The notes beneath the pieces are model-generated. The model was not told the origin of the DNA. It did not search any database and saw nothing but the letters and a program-made list of their open reading frames with translations. A stretch of DNA of 64,000 nt from Aplysia californica (Eukaryota): the NCBI RefSeq assembly GCF_000002075.1, contig NW_004797831.1:62001-126000 (forward strand), in the 5' to 3' direction. A program made the translations under genes and the position numbers. Below, piece after piece: positions 39,717 through 51,811 of this stretch. Every line of letters begins with the position of its first letter. The stretch's first letter is position 1.

Positions 39717-42700
39717 TAGATTTCTACCGGGTCTGGGGGCTGAAACTTCCCGAAATCACAAAAGAGTTCCCCTACCGGGTCTATATACTTCGTGACTTTG
39801 TTCCCGGTTACCGGGTCTGTATACACTTCGTTTTGTCAATTGCCACCGCGTCACTCGGTGGCAATTGACGCTACCTTACAAAAAATAGGCCTACTGAATT
39901 GTAAATATACATTTTTAGTGTGCAGTACCTAAAGTATTTGTATTTGAGACGAAACCAGGTGACTTAATGACAGTGCATGTATTTTAAACCTCCTGTTTCC
40001 TAATGTTAATAGTAGGGCCTAAGATAGTACGGCTAGACTGGCAGTCTAGCCGTACTTAAGTGAAATTTTTAGTTTGCAATGCCTAAAGTATTTGTATTTC
40101 AGACAAAACCAAAAGGTGCCTTACTGACTTGCATGTATTTGAACCTGAATAATTACTAGATCTAGATCTAATGAGACCTGTGTACTTAACAGGCTTGAGT
40201 CGATAGGGCCAAACCTAGATCTAAGTACGGCTAGACTGGCAGTCTAGCCATACTTAAGTACGGCTAGCCACTTTGCTCGCAAAAACCAAATAAAAACTAG
40301 TTTGAAGAATTGAATCCTTTCACCCAGGCCCAGGCAAGTTCTTCGCCGATATTATTTATGAAGAATTTGGTAAAATTTTACTTTTTTACTCGCATGCAGA
40401 TGCACCGCTTGTGGGTTAAACTAACAAATTTTTTTACAGAGAACATATGGCCACTAGGGATGGGCGTTAGTCGATATTAGCCTATCACGAGTACTGGTAT
40501 CGACTAAGAAATTCAGTTTCGATCAATACCCGGTACTGGTTAAGGAAATTGTTGGAAAACAAAGCACACTACGCTTGTATGACATGATCAAAATGTACTA
40601 GGCCTATTGGAATACTGACGAATAGTATTCTCAGACTTCTGACCGAGGAATGACAAGAGGCCTACTACTACTAGTAAAAATGGCTGCAACTGTACACGTA
40701 CTATAGTACATGTATGTAACTTGTAAGAGTAGACAAAAATTATTTTTACCCATGTTATCTCTGTTACTGTTTAAGGTTTTGAAAGTGAAGGGTCTATCTT
40801 AGTTTCTGTTTAAAAAAATGCTCCGTATTGACTAGTATCGATTAAGAGACTTCCAATATCGAGTATCGGAAAGTTGCCTTTTTTAACCAGGACTGGGTAC
40901 TGGTATCGACTAGGGTGACCTTATTTAGGCCACATATGGCCTAAATAAGCTAAACCCCCCTCCCTTACCTTATTTAGGCCACCTGTGGCCTAAATAAGCT
41001 AAACCCCCCTCCCTTACCTTATTTAGGCCACACCTGTGGCCTAAATAAGCTAAACCCCCCTCCCTTACCTTATTTAGGCCACACCTTTATACAAAGTCAC
41101 AGAAAAATTCCTTTTGTGCTTATTGAGGTACAGTGCAGGGTGATTTTACCTGCAAGGATAATTGGACAAAATGGGCAAAATCTTTATTGCTAAATGTCAT
41201 ATGTAGACAAATCCTATATCATTGTCTTTTTTTTTTTCTTAACTGCTCATGGTTATTAAAGAGTAAGCCAACTAGGTAGAAATTTCGGATTCCTAATACT
41301 AATATTATTATGGGCATTCTTAAAATTTTTTAACTTGTTTTTAGCGCTTTTCTCAATGTAAAACGGATTCCGTAAAAAAACAATGACCTTATCTTTCTTT
41401 TTCAAAGTATTGTGCATATGTTTGTGTGAAACTATATATTTTATGCTTTCATGTACATGAAAAAAGCTAATAAAGGCAAGCAAAATGTTCTTCAGAGACA
41501 TAGATCTAGTAGTAGGCCCACTGAATGTTTTTTACAAACCGGGAAAGATGACCAGAAAATAACAAAATTATTTTATGATCTTCACTTGCACTTGCAATTT
41601 TTTTTATAAATTATAGTCTACCTCATTGTCTTTTTTTTTCATCATTTTTCTTCACTATTCATGACAACTGGCATGTATTGTTTTCAGTTATTATCAAGAA
41701 AGTGGATAGGCGGACTACGGGGTCTATCTAGCCAAAAGGATAGGTGGACCCCGGGGTCTACCTAACAAAATGCTAGGATTTAGGATGTGAACCCTAGAGT
41801 CAGCGTAGTCAAATAAGTAGATCTAGGTTTAACTAAGGATCGGTGGACCCCGGGGTCAACATAGTGAAATAAGTAGATCTCAGTTTATTTTATAGTAGGA
41901 CTGGCGGAGCCCGTGGTCAACGTAGTGAAATTATAAGTAGATATAGGTTTAATTAAGGATTGGTGAACCCCGGGGTCAACGTAGTGAAATCAGTAGATCT
42001 AGGTTTAATTAAGGATTGGTGGACCCTGGGGTCAATGTAGTGAAATAAGTACATGTAGATCTAGGTTTAATTTTAAGGATTGGGGGACCCTGGAGTCAAC
42101 GTAGTGAAATAGGTAGGTTTAAGGTGGACCCCAGGGTCTACCTAACGAAATGCTAGTTATGTTTTTAGAATAGGTGGAACCTGCGGTCACCGTAGTAAAA
42201 TAAGTAGGTTTAATCTAGGTGCCCTGGGGGTCCACCAATCCTTAATTAAACCTTCTTATTCCTCTACGGCTATGGTGACTCCGGGGTCCACCAATCCTTT
42301 TAAAATTAACCCTGCTTATTTCACTACGCTGACCCCGGGGTCCACCAATCTTTAAAGAAACATACTTATTTCACTACGGTGACCCCGGGGTCCACCTGTC
42401 CTAAAACCTAGTATTTCGCTAGGTAGACCCCGGGGTCCACCTTAAACCTGCTTATTTATCACTACGTTGACCCCGAGGTCCACCAATCCTTACTTAAACC
42501 AAACCTTATTTCACTACGGTGACTCCGGGGTTCACATCCTAAAACCTAGTATTTCGCTTTGCAGACCCCGGAGTCCACCTATCCTCTTCAGGACTAAACT
42601 ATTATCAATTTGCAATTTTCATTGATTAGCATTTTTTATATTTTTATATTGAATCAGAGACTCGCTGTCTAAAAAGTCCACTGCTAATGCTATTCTTTTC

Positions 42701-42792
42701 AAAGAAAATGGCACAATTTGATTTTATGACATTTTGAAAAAAAAGAGTTTTAAAAATATCCCGAAAACAACATAAAAAAATGATTATGTAGA

Positions 42793-42879
<87 letters not shown>

Positions 42880-45800
42880 ATTTTATTATGTATACTAAAA
42901 GACTGAGCAGAGGCTTACAATGTAAATTCTGTGCTCTACAAGTAGAGAAAATCTTAAGTTTGCGCAAAACAGATTTTAGAAAAAAAGTTGGATCTAATTA
43001 TTCTAATAAAAGTAAAAGTGATTGTTATGCTGAGATTTGTTATTATTAACTCTGGAAATACAGTTACTTGCTGAATCTAAAAGTAACTAGAACTGTGCAA
43101 TTCGTTTTATTTCAATTCCAAAGCCCAAAGGCATAGCAATAATAAGTTAGATCTAGATCTAGCAGTTGTAGGCTCTCTGGCTGCTTCTAGCAGAGGCCTG
43201 CTACTACTGATTCTAGACAGGGAATCTAGATCTTGCTATCGCCTGCGCTATTTAAGTCAAATATATGGTAAAATAAAAACAAAACTGAATTTTTTGTCAG
43301 TCAGTACATCCCAATTGCCATAGCCGCACGTATTAATAGTTGAATAATGCGATACCGAAGCAACACGTTATCACAGTGTGCAGGGGAGAGCGAGGTGCTC
43401 GGTCGATTCGGTGGTTCGGCTTTTGTAGATCTATGCATTTTTTACGGAAAGCCCTATTACCTAACCCTATTACTAGATCTATTAGTGTTGTGAAAACTTC
43501 AACCTCTACAGCTCAGGCATCAAAAGATGCTGGAAAATAATATTACGTCCTGAAGTTTCATAATTTATTTTTATACAGAATAACACAGTACACAGCCAGT
43601 AGTTTTTATTTCATCGAGTTATAAAAATGGCCTTCGTATAAAAATTGCCACGTTTTCAGAAGCAAATTTTAATAGTTCTAGTTCTACCGAATCGATTTTC
43701 ACGCGAATTCAACCATTTTGATGATCTTTCTTTTCCTTTTAAAAAGATGTAGGCCTGTCGGATGTGGCAGTGCGAATAACACTGAGCTGTTTAGACCCAT
43801 CAAAACACGAGGCTTTGTGGCCGATCACAAAAGTCTACAGGGCTTATCGAGGCCGATTCGCCCTGCTGCGAGCACGTTCACTAAACTGCCTACTAGATAG
43901 AATCTACTACCAAATATTCTCTACACGATCTTTGCTACTACTACTACTACTAGGCCTACTAGCCTACATGTACTACTACGAGACAGTACGAGAGAGTGTC
44001 ACTCAGGCAAAGATAGTGTAACTTTGACTCAGCTACGTAGTGTACACACTTTTTATACCCCAAATTTAACCCGGAAGTCCATTCGGAGGATTTGACCTTT
44101 TCACTTGACCAAAGTGTGCCAAAATGGTAGCCTAGCTTTTGCCCCTCCATGAAGGAAAAATCTGGCCCTCATTCAAACCAATGGGATTGAGCAAAATTTT
44201 GCGTGTTGTGCTTTGTTCTTTACAATATTCATTATGGTTATGATTTATAAGTTGTACACTGAGACAAAACTGTACTAAATGAGAAAGGTGCACCATTATG
44301 AAAGTGGAACGAACTCAGTTGCCTGAAATGGTGTCCCCCGGTAGTTTGAGCATGTGTGGCCTAAATAAGCTAAACCCCCCTCCCTTACCTTATTTAGGCC
44401 ATATGTGGCCTAAATAAGCACTCCCTTTTTCCTATCGACTAACACCCATCCCTAATGGCCACCATAACTGACGCAAATCAATTGAAATGCTATGCAATCA
44501 GGCCTATTGTAATTAGTAGGCCAAGTATAAAAACACCATCTCATTTTACACTAAAAATAATTTATGTTGGATATAAAGTCAAGTTTGTGTTAAACAGATA
44601 AAAATGAACAAGAAAAGGGCTGTAGAAATATCTGCGCTTTGATCTAAATTTGCATGGATGGGGGCATGAAAACAGAACATTTTTAGAAAAGAAGGCATCT
44701 GTACCAATGTAGGCCTACTGTATCTTCTCAAATCTCAGTGCATTTATATTTATGTTTTTATCATATTTTGTTTGTTTGCAGAGGACAGAAAAAATGCCAT
44801 CAGAAAAGCTGAGAGAAAGCTTGAGGAGGCAAATGTTATTGTAAGTACTAAAAAGATACATATATGTAGGCTATGTGATGCAGTGTAGTGAAAATCAGGG
44901 GCTCGTCAAAATAATGAATGTGAAGAAATTGGCATTTTCGCGCAGGTTTGGGAATTTGAATCTAATTTTTGTCTTTTGGCTCAACACCGTTCTTGTCCAT
45001 TGAAGAACACTTTTCTGTGTGGACAGTGTCAACATATTTTTAATATAAGGAAATAACTAATTTATAATTTTTCATCAAAAGCAAGACAAATAAACAAGCT
45101 TTGAGACGATAGAAATAACTCAACAAGCCCAAAAATGGACGAGCGCCTGATTCCACAGTGTCGTGACACCTATTTAAGAAATATAATTGTTCATTCCTCA
45201 CTAAAAATTGTGAGTGTAAGCTTGCGTGCGCATCATGTGTGTGTGTTTAAGAGGAAGATAGGGTGTGTTCAAGCACATGTCTGCATTTGATAAGATACCA
45301 TTGTATTTAGATCTTATTTTGCCCTCATTCTTTATTTTTCGATACTTGGCACTTATGCAAAACTGTGAAATGTTGAAAGCATATGACTGATAAAAATACA
45401 TTTATTTTACAGTTAATGAAAAAGCAATTTCAGTTTGTATATAATATTTGAATTATAAAAAAAAAAGATGTAAAACTAAAAATTTGCTTCATGGGAACTG
45501 AAGACATTTGCACCTTAGGGATGATAGGGGAAGCTTAAAGTCTGTTGCCATTCAACATTTTATCTATGTGAACATTTGTTCTATATCAGCTTTATAATAT
45601 TTATTTCATTCATGTCCAAAAATTTCATATTCTACTGTTATGTTTTTAGGTTCAAGAACTTGAGTCAGAAGCAAAGTTGGCCCCCGTGAACTATCGCACA
45701 CAATTCTTAGGTCGAATTCGACATTATCGAAATGACATTGACCAGCTTGCAAGAAATCTGGTAAGAACAGTTTAGCTGCCTTCTTGTGTTTATATTTTGA

Positions 45801-48800
45801 ATCTGTTTCAAATTTAGGTCCACTTGAGACTGAATTTTAAAATACGTTTTAAATATTCCGCGAGTAGAGGTTTGCTTAGTTTGCTTACTACCAAAATTCT
45901 TCTTCATTCCTCTATTATATTTCAAGAGTATCATTGTAGATTGTAGGTTTTTCAACACATGGTCAATCAAACCTAATGTTCATGCCCTAATTCTATCTCG
46001 GGAGATCGAGCCCTCTGCCTTTTCTTTCTGTTTTATGGTAGCTTTGAACACTTTCCCGCCTCATCTGGCCGATTGGCCATGTTTGCCACCCAGTTTCTTT
46101 GGATTTTCCACAAAATATGACGGCAAAGTGTTTATACAATCTGCTTGTAAATTGGATGTTGGAATTGATTCAGAATTACACTGAAGTAATCATTGTGAAT
46201 TGGGTTTTTTTTTGGGTTTTTTTTTTTAATTTTTAAATTGCTGGACTGTATCTTCAATGTGTGCATAGAACACATCAGACCTGATAGTTTTTCAACCTGT
46301 CTGGTGCCTTCCCTCCTTGGGCTTGCTTTGGTCACACATGGCCGTATTCGTCTATTTGTGTCTCGCTCCTTGCCACAGCAGACCTTTGTCTTCCCTGCTT
46401 TCTGCTTCTACTTCTATGTATTGTTTCAGGAAGTTCTTGACTACTGTCGGGTTTTATGTTTTACATGTATGATATAGGAGGTCTTTCCATACTTTTCTTT
46501 GCCTCTATTTCACCCTGCAGCACATTGTCAACAGATTCGTTGTTGTTGTTGTTGTTGTTGTTTCTGTTTGTGTAGCCAAGGTTTCCTTGGGATTGCTGGT
46601 ATTTAAAAAAATCTTAGCTAAGTATTACGTTTTGTTGACTCTATTAGCATGACAAAAAAACGTACATTTATACTTGAGGTGAGCAAGGAAAATCTTACTC
46701 TTATGAATAAACCTTCAATTTCAACATTTCTGATAAGATGCTGTTAATTCCTATATCATTGATGTCCTGATAAGTAATGATCTCATTGTGATTTTTGTCA
46801 ACAGAAACGAGGCCCTCCTTCAGGTGCTAGTGGCTCAGACAATTATGGTTTCGACAGAGAGGAGGTGAGCATTTTTTTTCATTTTCTTTGCTGCAGTTTT
46901 CAATGGTTTGGTTTAGCCTTCAGGGTGACACTTGTTTGAGAAGATTTGATGTTAGCATGGAAACATAAAGACAGTTGGATCAGCAGAACCATCTTTTTTT
47001 TTCCCTCAGATTGTTATTTATCATTTTTATCAACTGGACTGTGTAAACTGAAGAGTTAGTTTGCTAATTTAATTGCTCGTGCATGGTTTGCCGTGTGAAT
47101 TTGCCTTTGTTTCTGGAGCTGGCTTTCATAAATTCCAGCCTTTATATTTTGTTTCGAATGTGTTTTCAGATTGTTAAAGAGCATTCTCTTTTATTTGAAA
47201 TTGTAGAGACTGGATTCTGCCAACCGGGCAAAGCTGCTACAGGGCCACCAGTCATTACAAAGGACCTCGGACAGCATTGCCAGGTCACATCAGATTGCAG
47301 CTGAGACTGACCAGATTGGGGTGGAAATTATCGATGAACTGGGAGAGCAAAGAGAGACTTTGATACGAACTCGAGAACGGGTAAGTGCAGTCACAGTGCA
47401 GTAGTTGAATAAGCTGTCGTATAGCAATCACAGCAGCGCTAGGTGAAGCTTTTGACATTGTTTTAACACTTGAATAACCCTTGGGCATTTCCTTTGGTAA
47501 TAAAGTTTTGTTCGTTTCCTTTGGAATGTACCTGACTAAAATCGCTCTACTTATAGAGACGTGCCAAGTACTCTGATTTTATCGGAGCCCTCCAATATTT
47601 TTTTTTGCTCGTTGAAAAACTGTGATTGGATTTGCTTAAAATCCAATTTTTTGTCTAGAATTCTGTTTCCGTCAGACTGTGGAGTCTGGTTGAAAACGGG
47701 ATTGAAACATTCCATTCTCAAATTTCATCCTTCTTAGAGCTTTTTCTGCCTCAAAATGCAGAAAATAGGGCTTGGATGATTTCTGAGAGGATGCTGTCCT
47801 ATTCCTAGTTTAAGTTTTTCAAATATCTTTCTGGATATCGTCGCCATTATGATAAGATTGGCTAGATACAAAATTTTTTGTTTTGCTTTTTCTCGCGTAT
47901 ATTTTTTTTTCTGAGACAACTTGTATTGAGGAAATCGTCTTTCTCTTCCACAGCTAGTAGAAACTGATGCAAATCTAGGGCAAAGTAGAAAAATCCTGAA
48001 ATCTATGGCAAGAAGGTAAGATGGTATTTGGTAGCGGCAGTTGATGGTAGATTGTTTGAGGTGTCTAGACTGAACAAAGATTTATTCTGTGGGGCCTCCT
48101 CATTTTGTTTGAAAATGCGTACATTTTTAAAATGTCCTCTTGCATAAGTAGAGTTCGTGGTTTATTTGTTAGGCTGTTGAGCTCGTAACCGAAAGATCAT
48201 AGATTCGAATCCTGTTAGGGGCCTGATGTTGTGTCCTTTGGAAAGGTATTTTCCTTTCTTCACTCAGGTTGGAATGTGTACTTGGCTACAGACGGCAAAA
48301 GATCTTGTTCGAATGTTAATATTGGAGGGCTTAATAGGCTTACTGTATGGTGGTATACTTTCAGGGAAGCAAAGACTGTTTCTTAGTGTTCTTGGGTCTG
48401 CTGGGGTAATAGATGTTGTAAACTGCAGTTTGTTGTAGAACATGAGTATGCGTCATATGAATGCAAGTGCCATTATTTTGCTGCTATTTCGTTGGTTATG
48501 TCTCTAAAAATAACCCATACTTTCTCGAACGGAATTGAATGTACAGTATAACACGGATAGGTCGAACACAGAAGACTCAAAATCACACATCTGTCGAACT
48601 GTACCTGTGGTCCCGTTTTTTTCTTCTTCTTTATCTTTGTAAGATATCCCTCGAACTAGGGATTCCTCGAACTACTGAGGCCGGTCCCGATGAATTCGAG
48701 ATGTCTGTGTTATTCTATTTTCACATTGGTTCATTTTGTGAAATCTTTAATGTTTTTTTTTTTTTTCTTCACGATAATATTATTACATATTTTAGCTTTC

Positions 48801-49040
48801 TTGGAATTATAATTACTTGACTAGAACTGCTTCCCTCCCAAATTTTTCTTACTGCTGAGTCTTTGGCAATTGTCCTAATGTGTAAAGTAGATAGTCTTTT
48901 TGAATTGTTGCCGTGTTTATGTCTTACTTTCTTTTGTCGCGATTTTCAGGGTGATGACCAACAAACTAATCCTGGCTGTCATTATCCTCATGGAGCTGGC
49001 TATTTTAGGAGGACTCACCTACTGGAAATTCTTCTCCTAA
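37915..49040 (+). CDS. VTI1B: Vesicle transport through interaction with t-SNAREs 1B (Qb-SNARE; 217 aa, 7 coding exons)
   Basis: Exons 37915-38011, 44782-44840, 45650-45760, 46805-46864, 47207-47380, 47954-48015, 48950-49040 (654 nt). MSSERFESLEDD... Habc region; SNARE motif LLQGHQSLQRTSDSIARSHQIAAETDQIGVEIIDELGEQRETL...SRKILKSM; C-terminal anchor TNKLILAVIILMELAILGGLTYWKFFS*. Confidence 0.95.
38613..39875. mobile_element. Non-autonomous MULE-like element E3, nested in E2
   Basis: 9-bp TSD TTACAAAAA (38604-38612 and 39876-39884). 45-bp TIR GGTAGYGTCAATTGCCACCGAGTGACGCGGTGGCAATTGACAAAA with one mismatch. Confidence 0.92.
39163..39830. mobile_element. Non-autonomous MULE-like element E4, nested in the right TIR of E3
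   Basis: 9-bp TSD TTTTGTCAA (39154-39162 and 39831-39839). TIR of about 90 bp beginning AGTGTATACAGACCCGGTAACCGGGAACAAAGTCAC. Contains (CT)n/(CA)n microsatellites. Confidence 0.9.
41698..42599. mobile_element. Foldback-type element E6 (902 bp), nested in E5
   Basis: 9-bp TSD TATTATCAA (41689-41697 and 42600-42608). Two inverted arms of tandem ~55-60-bp units containing GGTGGACCCCGGGGTC(A/C)AC and GTAGTGAAATAAG; orientation switches near 42220. Confidence 0.85.
42792..42875. repeat. Compound microsatellite (CT)n(AT)n(GT)n
   Basis: Read directly from the sequence. Confidence 0.95.
48155..48475 (+). mobile_element. Older, degenerate copy of the CORE-type SINE in VTI1B intron 6
   Basis: GATTCGAATCC..GTTGTGTCCTTTGGAAAGG..AAAGATCTTGT..GGTCTGCTGGGGTAAT is colinear with the 58189 copy. 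Confidence 0.7.
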
Positions 49041-49455
49041 TGACGCAAAATGGAAGTTATGTTCCCGTAGGTTGTAATAAATACTCCCCGCTCTATATTT
49101 ATGTGCTGGAAGGACTCGACGGCAGTCGTTGTGAGTCTTCCGTACCAGATGTACATGCTTTCGAATAACGTCCGAGTTATTGTAAAATACTGAATTAAAT
49201 GTTTGTGCCTTGAAAGAAAGATTCTATGTGATTTTGGCGAAGCCAAATGCTAATTGTTGGTGCTTGCTGCAGATAAGCCAGGGTTGTTGCTTAGGCTCTT
49301 CTTTCTGTTTTCAGATATTTCTATTTCTTGTCTTAGTTTGTGTATTATAGGGTGTTTTTTGAGAGTGTCCAAGAACAGAAACCGCTGGCGAACTTAAAAT
49401 GCTGGTGTCCATTTCAAATTTTGCTTTTCAAGAAGTGTGTGGGATTGAATTTCCA

Positions 49456-49915
49456 TTCACTGTGTGGTATAAAGCATACCGATAGTAATGGGTCATGGCA
49501 GACTTTCAGTGTGGTATAAACCATACTGATTGTAATTGATCATGTAAGCCTTTCAATGTGTGGTGTAAGGCACACTAATACTAATAGCAATGGGTTCTTG
49601 TCAGCCTTTTTAGTGTGTGGTATAAACCATACTGATAGTAATGGGTCATGTAAGTCTTTCAGTGTGTGGTATAAAGCACATTGATTGTAATGAGTCATGT
49701 AAGCTTTTCAGTGTGTGCTATATAAACCATACTGACAGTGATAGCAATGGGTCATGTAAGTCTTTCAGTGTGGTATATATAAACTTCACTGATGCAATGG
49801 GTCATGCAAGCCTTTCAGTGTGTGGTATAGACCATACTGATAGTGATAGCAATGGGTCATGTGAGCCCTTCAGTGTGTTGTATATATAAACTTCACTGAT
49901 AGCAATGAGTCATGT
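49456..49915. repeat. Degenerate ~48-57-bp tandem repeat, 9 copies, downstream of the VTI1B stop
   Basis: Consensus TTTCAGTGTGTGGTATAAACCATACTGATAGTAATGGGTCATGTAAGCC. Confidence 0.9.
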
Positions 49916-51811
49916 ACACATGTGGGAAATGGTGGAAGTGATGATGTCCACACTCCAGTGAGCCCAGCTCTCTCTTGTTGATTTTGATGACAAAGTTTGT
50001 TCTCCTGTCTTCGAGTTCGTCTGCTTTGTAAGTATTAGGGACCACAAAAAGTGTAATAAATTCCAAGCAAACTCTTTTTATAGGCTATGCGGAGTCGACG
50101 GGCGCATCCTTGATAGATGCGCTGAATTCTTGCTTATGCCTTCCTGCAGTGCTCAGTCGTTCTAGAAATTTTTTTTTTTTAAAGTGTGTGGAGAGATAGA
50201 GAGAGCATGAGAGTCAAAACACACATCACATATTGTGAAGTGACCATAATCGACACACTTCTTTGAGTATGATTGTTTTTTTCAGAAGAATTATGTCACC
50301 GTCAAGCTGTTCAATTATCTTAAGCCCAGAAAGCAAAGTTTTTCAGGAGAGAGAGAAAAACTTTCATTCTTTTATAATAAATTGTACCCAAATTATGTAT
50401 CTTTTCTTGTTTTGTTTTTTTCTTTCAACATTTAGAATTTGAATTCAGAAAAAAATATTTCTGGAGCTCGTGCAACTGATACCAGTTTAAGAATCAATTT
50501 TTAAAAATATCTGAACAGCTGGCCGATGATACGATGTTTGAAACGTGTGAAGAGAATATCTGAACTCGTACGTGCATTTATGGGTGGAGACTGGGGTGTG
50601 TATAGATGAAAGTTTGCAAAGTGTAAAATACATTTATTGTACATTTTCTCTTAATAATGTATACATGAATCACATTTTGTAAATTCTTCAGACATAAATA
50701 TTTTTATTTGTTATTAAAATGTCCAAAAAAAGAAAAAAAAAGACTTGGATAATTCTTTCTTTTTGTCCTCATACGCTTTACTTATTTTCTGCTAGAATTT
50801 ATGCCCGACAAGTATCACAAGGTATGATGTTGGTCATTTTGAAACTGAGGCATCTGTTTTTCTGTCAGAAAACTGGATTGGGAAGGAAACATTTCTGGAA
50901 GTGGAAGTCAAGGAAAAAATATTAGGACCCGAGAAAGTTTCAAACCTTGAACTTTGCTGCGTAGTAAAATAACCTGTTCTTAGTCTACCATTGCTGCATT
51001 CCTTGCTTCTGTGCTGGTGTGTGATAGAGGCAAAACTTTTCATCTATTTCTTTATGTTAGCATTAGATCTGTATATGATTTTAGAATATAACAATTTGCA
51101 GCATTTCATCATGCAACCATCCCCCAAGTGCAAGAGATAAAATTCTGAGGTGTTGGAGCATTTAGAATGTTTCCAAAACTTTTTTTCCTGAAAAAGCCAT
51201 AGAGAAAAAAACCCTCAACACTAAATCATTTGTTCTGGACTTTGACTTCAGCATCTTTATTTTTTTTTATGCACACAAAAAAAATCAAACAAGTTTGGCT
51301 ACAAGTAATAAGAAAAATGTACTGATTTGTCAAAACCATGTTGGTGCAGCAACTTCATCTCCTGCACTCCACAAAAAATTATAAACAGAAATATAAGAAA
51401 AAAAAACAAAACCATACAAGATCCAAGGCAAAGACCTGTCCTCTACAAGGGGAGATCTGTCACTCACAAACAAAGCAAGGGGGGAAAGGTGAACAAACAT
51501 AAACTTCTCATTTGCTTCTCCTTTTCCTACTCGAGCCACAAGAAAGCACACCCATTGCTCAAGGACATTTGTTCTATGTAGTGTGCTGTGTCTCACTGGC
51601 ATGGTTTAATTTAATTTCACAAATAATCACAAAAAAGTCTTTTCATTTTCACAAATAATCCTTAAAAAGTAATCTTATCAAATAAAATCCCAATATCTTT
51701 GTAATTACAAGGGAAAAAAATACAAATGAACCTGTATTGAGACCTATGAAATAATCTGATAATGATTATACTCTATGAATGTATCTATGTATGTATGTAT
51801 ACACATACTAA

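Larger units (their letters stand above)
38518..40275. mobile_element. Non-autonomous MULE-like element E2 (outer element of nest 1)
   Basis: 9-bp TSD CTCGCAAAA (38509-38517 and 40276-40284). Ends GGAAGAGGCTAGCCGTAC and GTACGGCTAGCCACTTTG. Repeated palindrome GTACGGCTAGACTG-G-CAGTCTAGCCGTAC. Confidence 0.85.
40913..44432. mobile_element. Non-autonomous MULE-like element E5 (3520 bp including nested E6)
   Basis: 9-bp TSD TATCGACTA (40904-40912 and 44433-44441). Both ends carry ~50-bp repeats with the palindrome CTTATTTAGGCCA-CATA-TGGCCTAAATAAG. Confidence 0.88.
40455..44454. mobile_element. hAT-type MITE (about 470 bp of its own sequence), outer element of nest 2
   Basis: 8-bp TSD ATGGCCAC (40447-40454 and 44455-44462). 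TIR TAGGGATGGGYGTTAGTCGATA; the right TIR is interrupted by E5. Confidence 0.88.

Noticed and set aside
39360-39868. ORFs with RE, SL or TH dipeptide runs (also 38620-38829 and 42644-43049)
   Set aside because: Translations of microsatellites inside transposons.
40913-42599. CRISPR-like array of palindromic repeats
   Set aside because: The spacers are not unique, the context is a eukaryotic intron with no cas genes, and the repeats are subterminal arrays of TSD-flanked transposons.
49456-49915. Tandem iron-responsive elements (CAGUGU in most units) or hammerhead ribozymes
   Set aside because: The five bases either side of CAGUGU do not pair, and CAGUG lies in a stem rather than a loop. No CUGANGA..GAAA hammerhead core is present.
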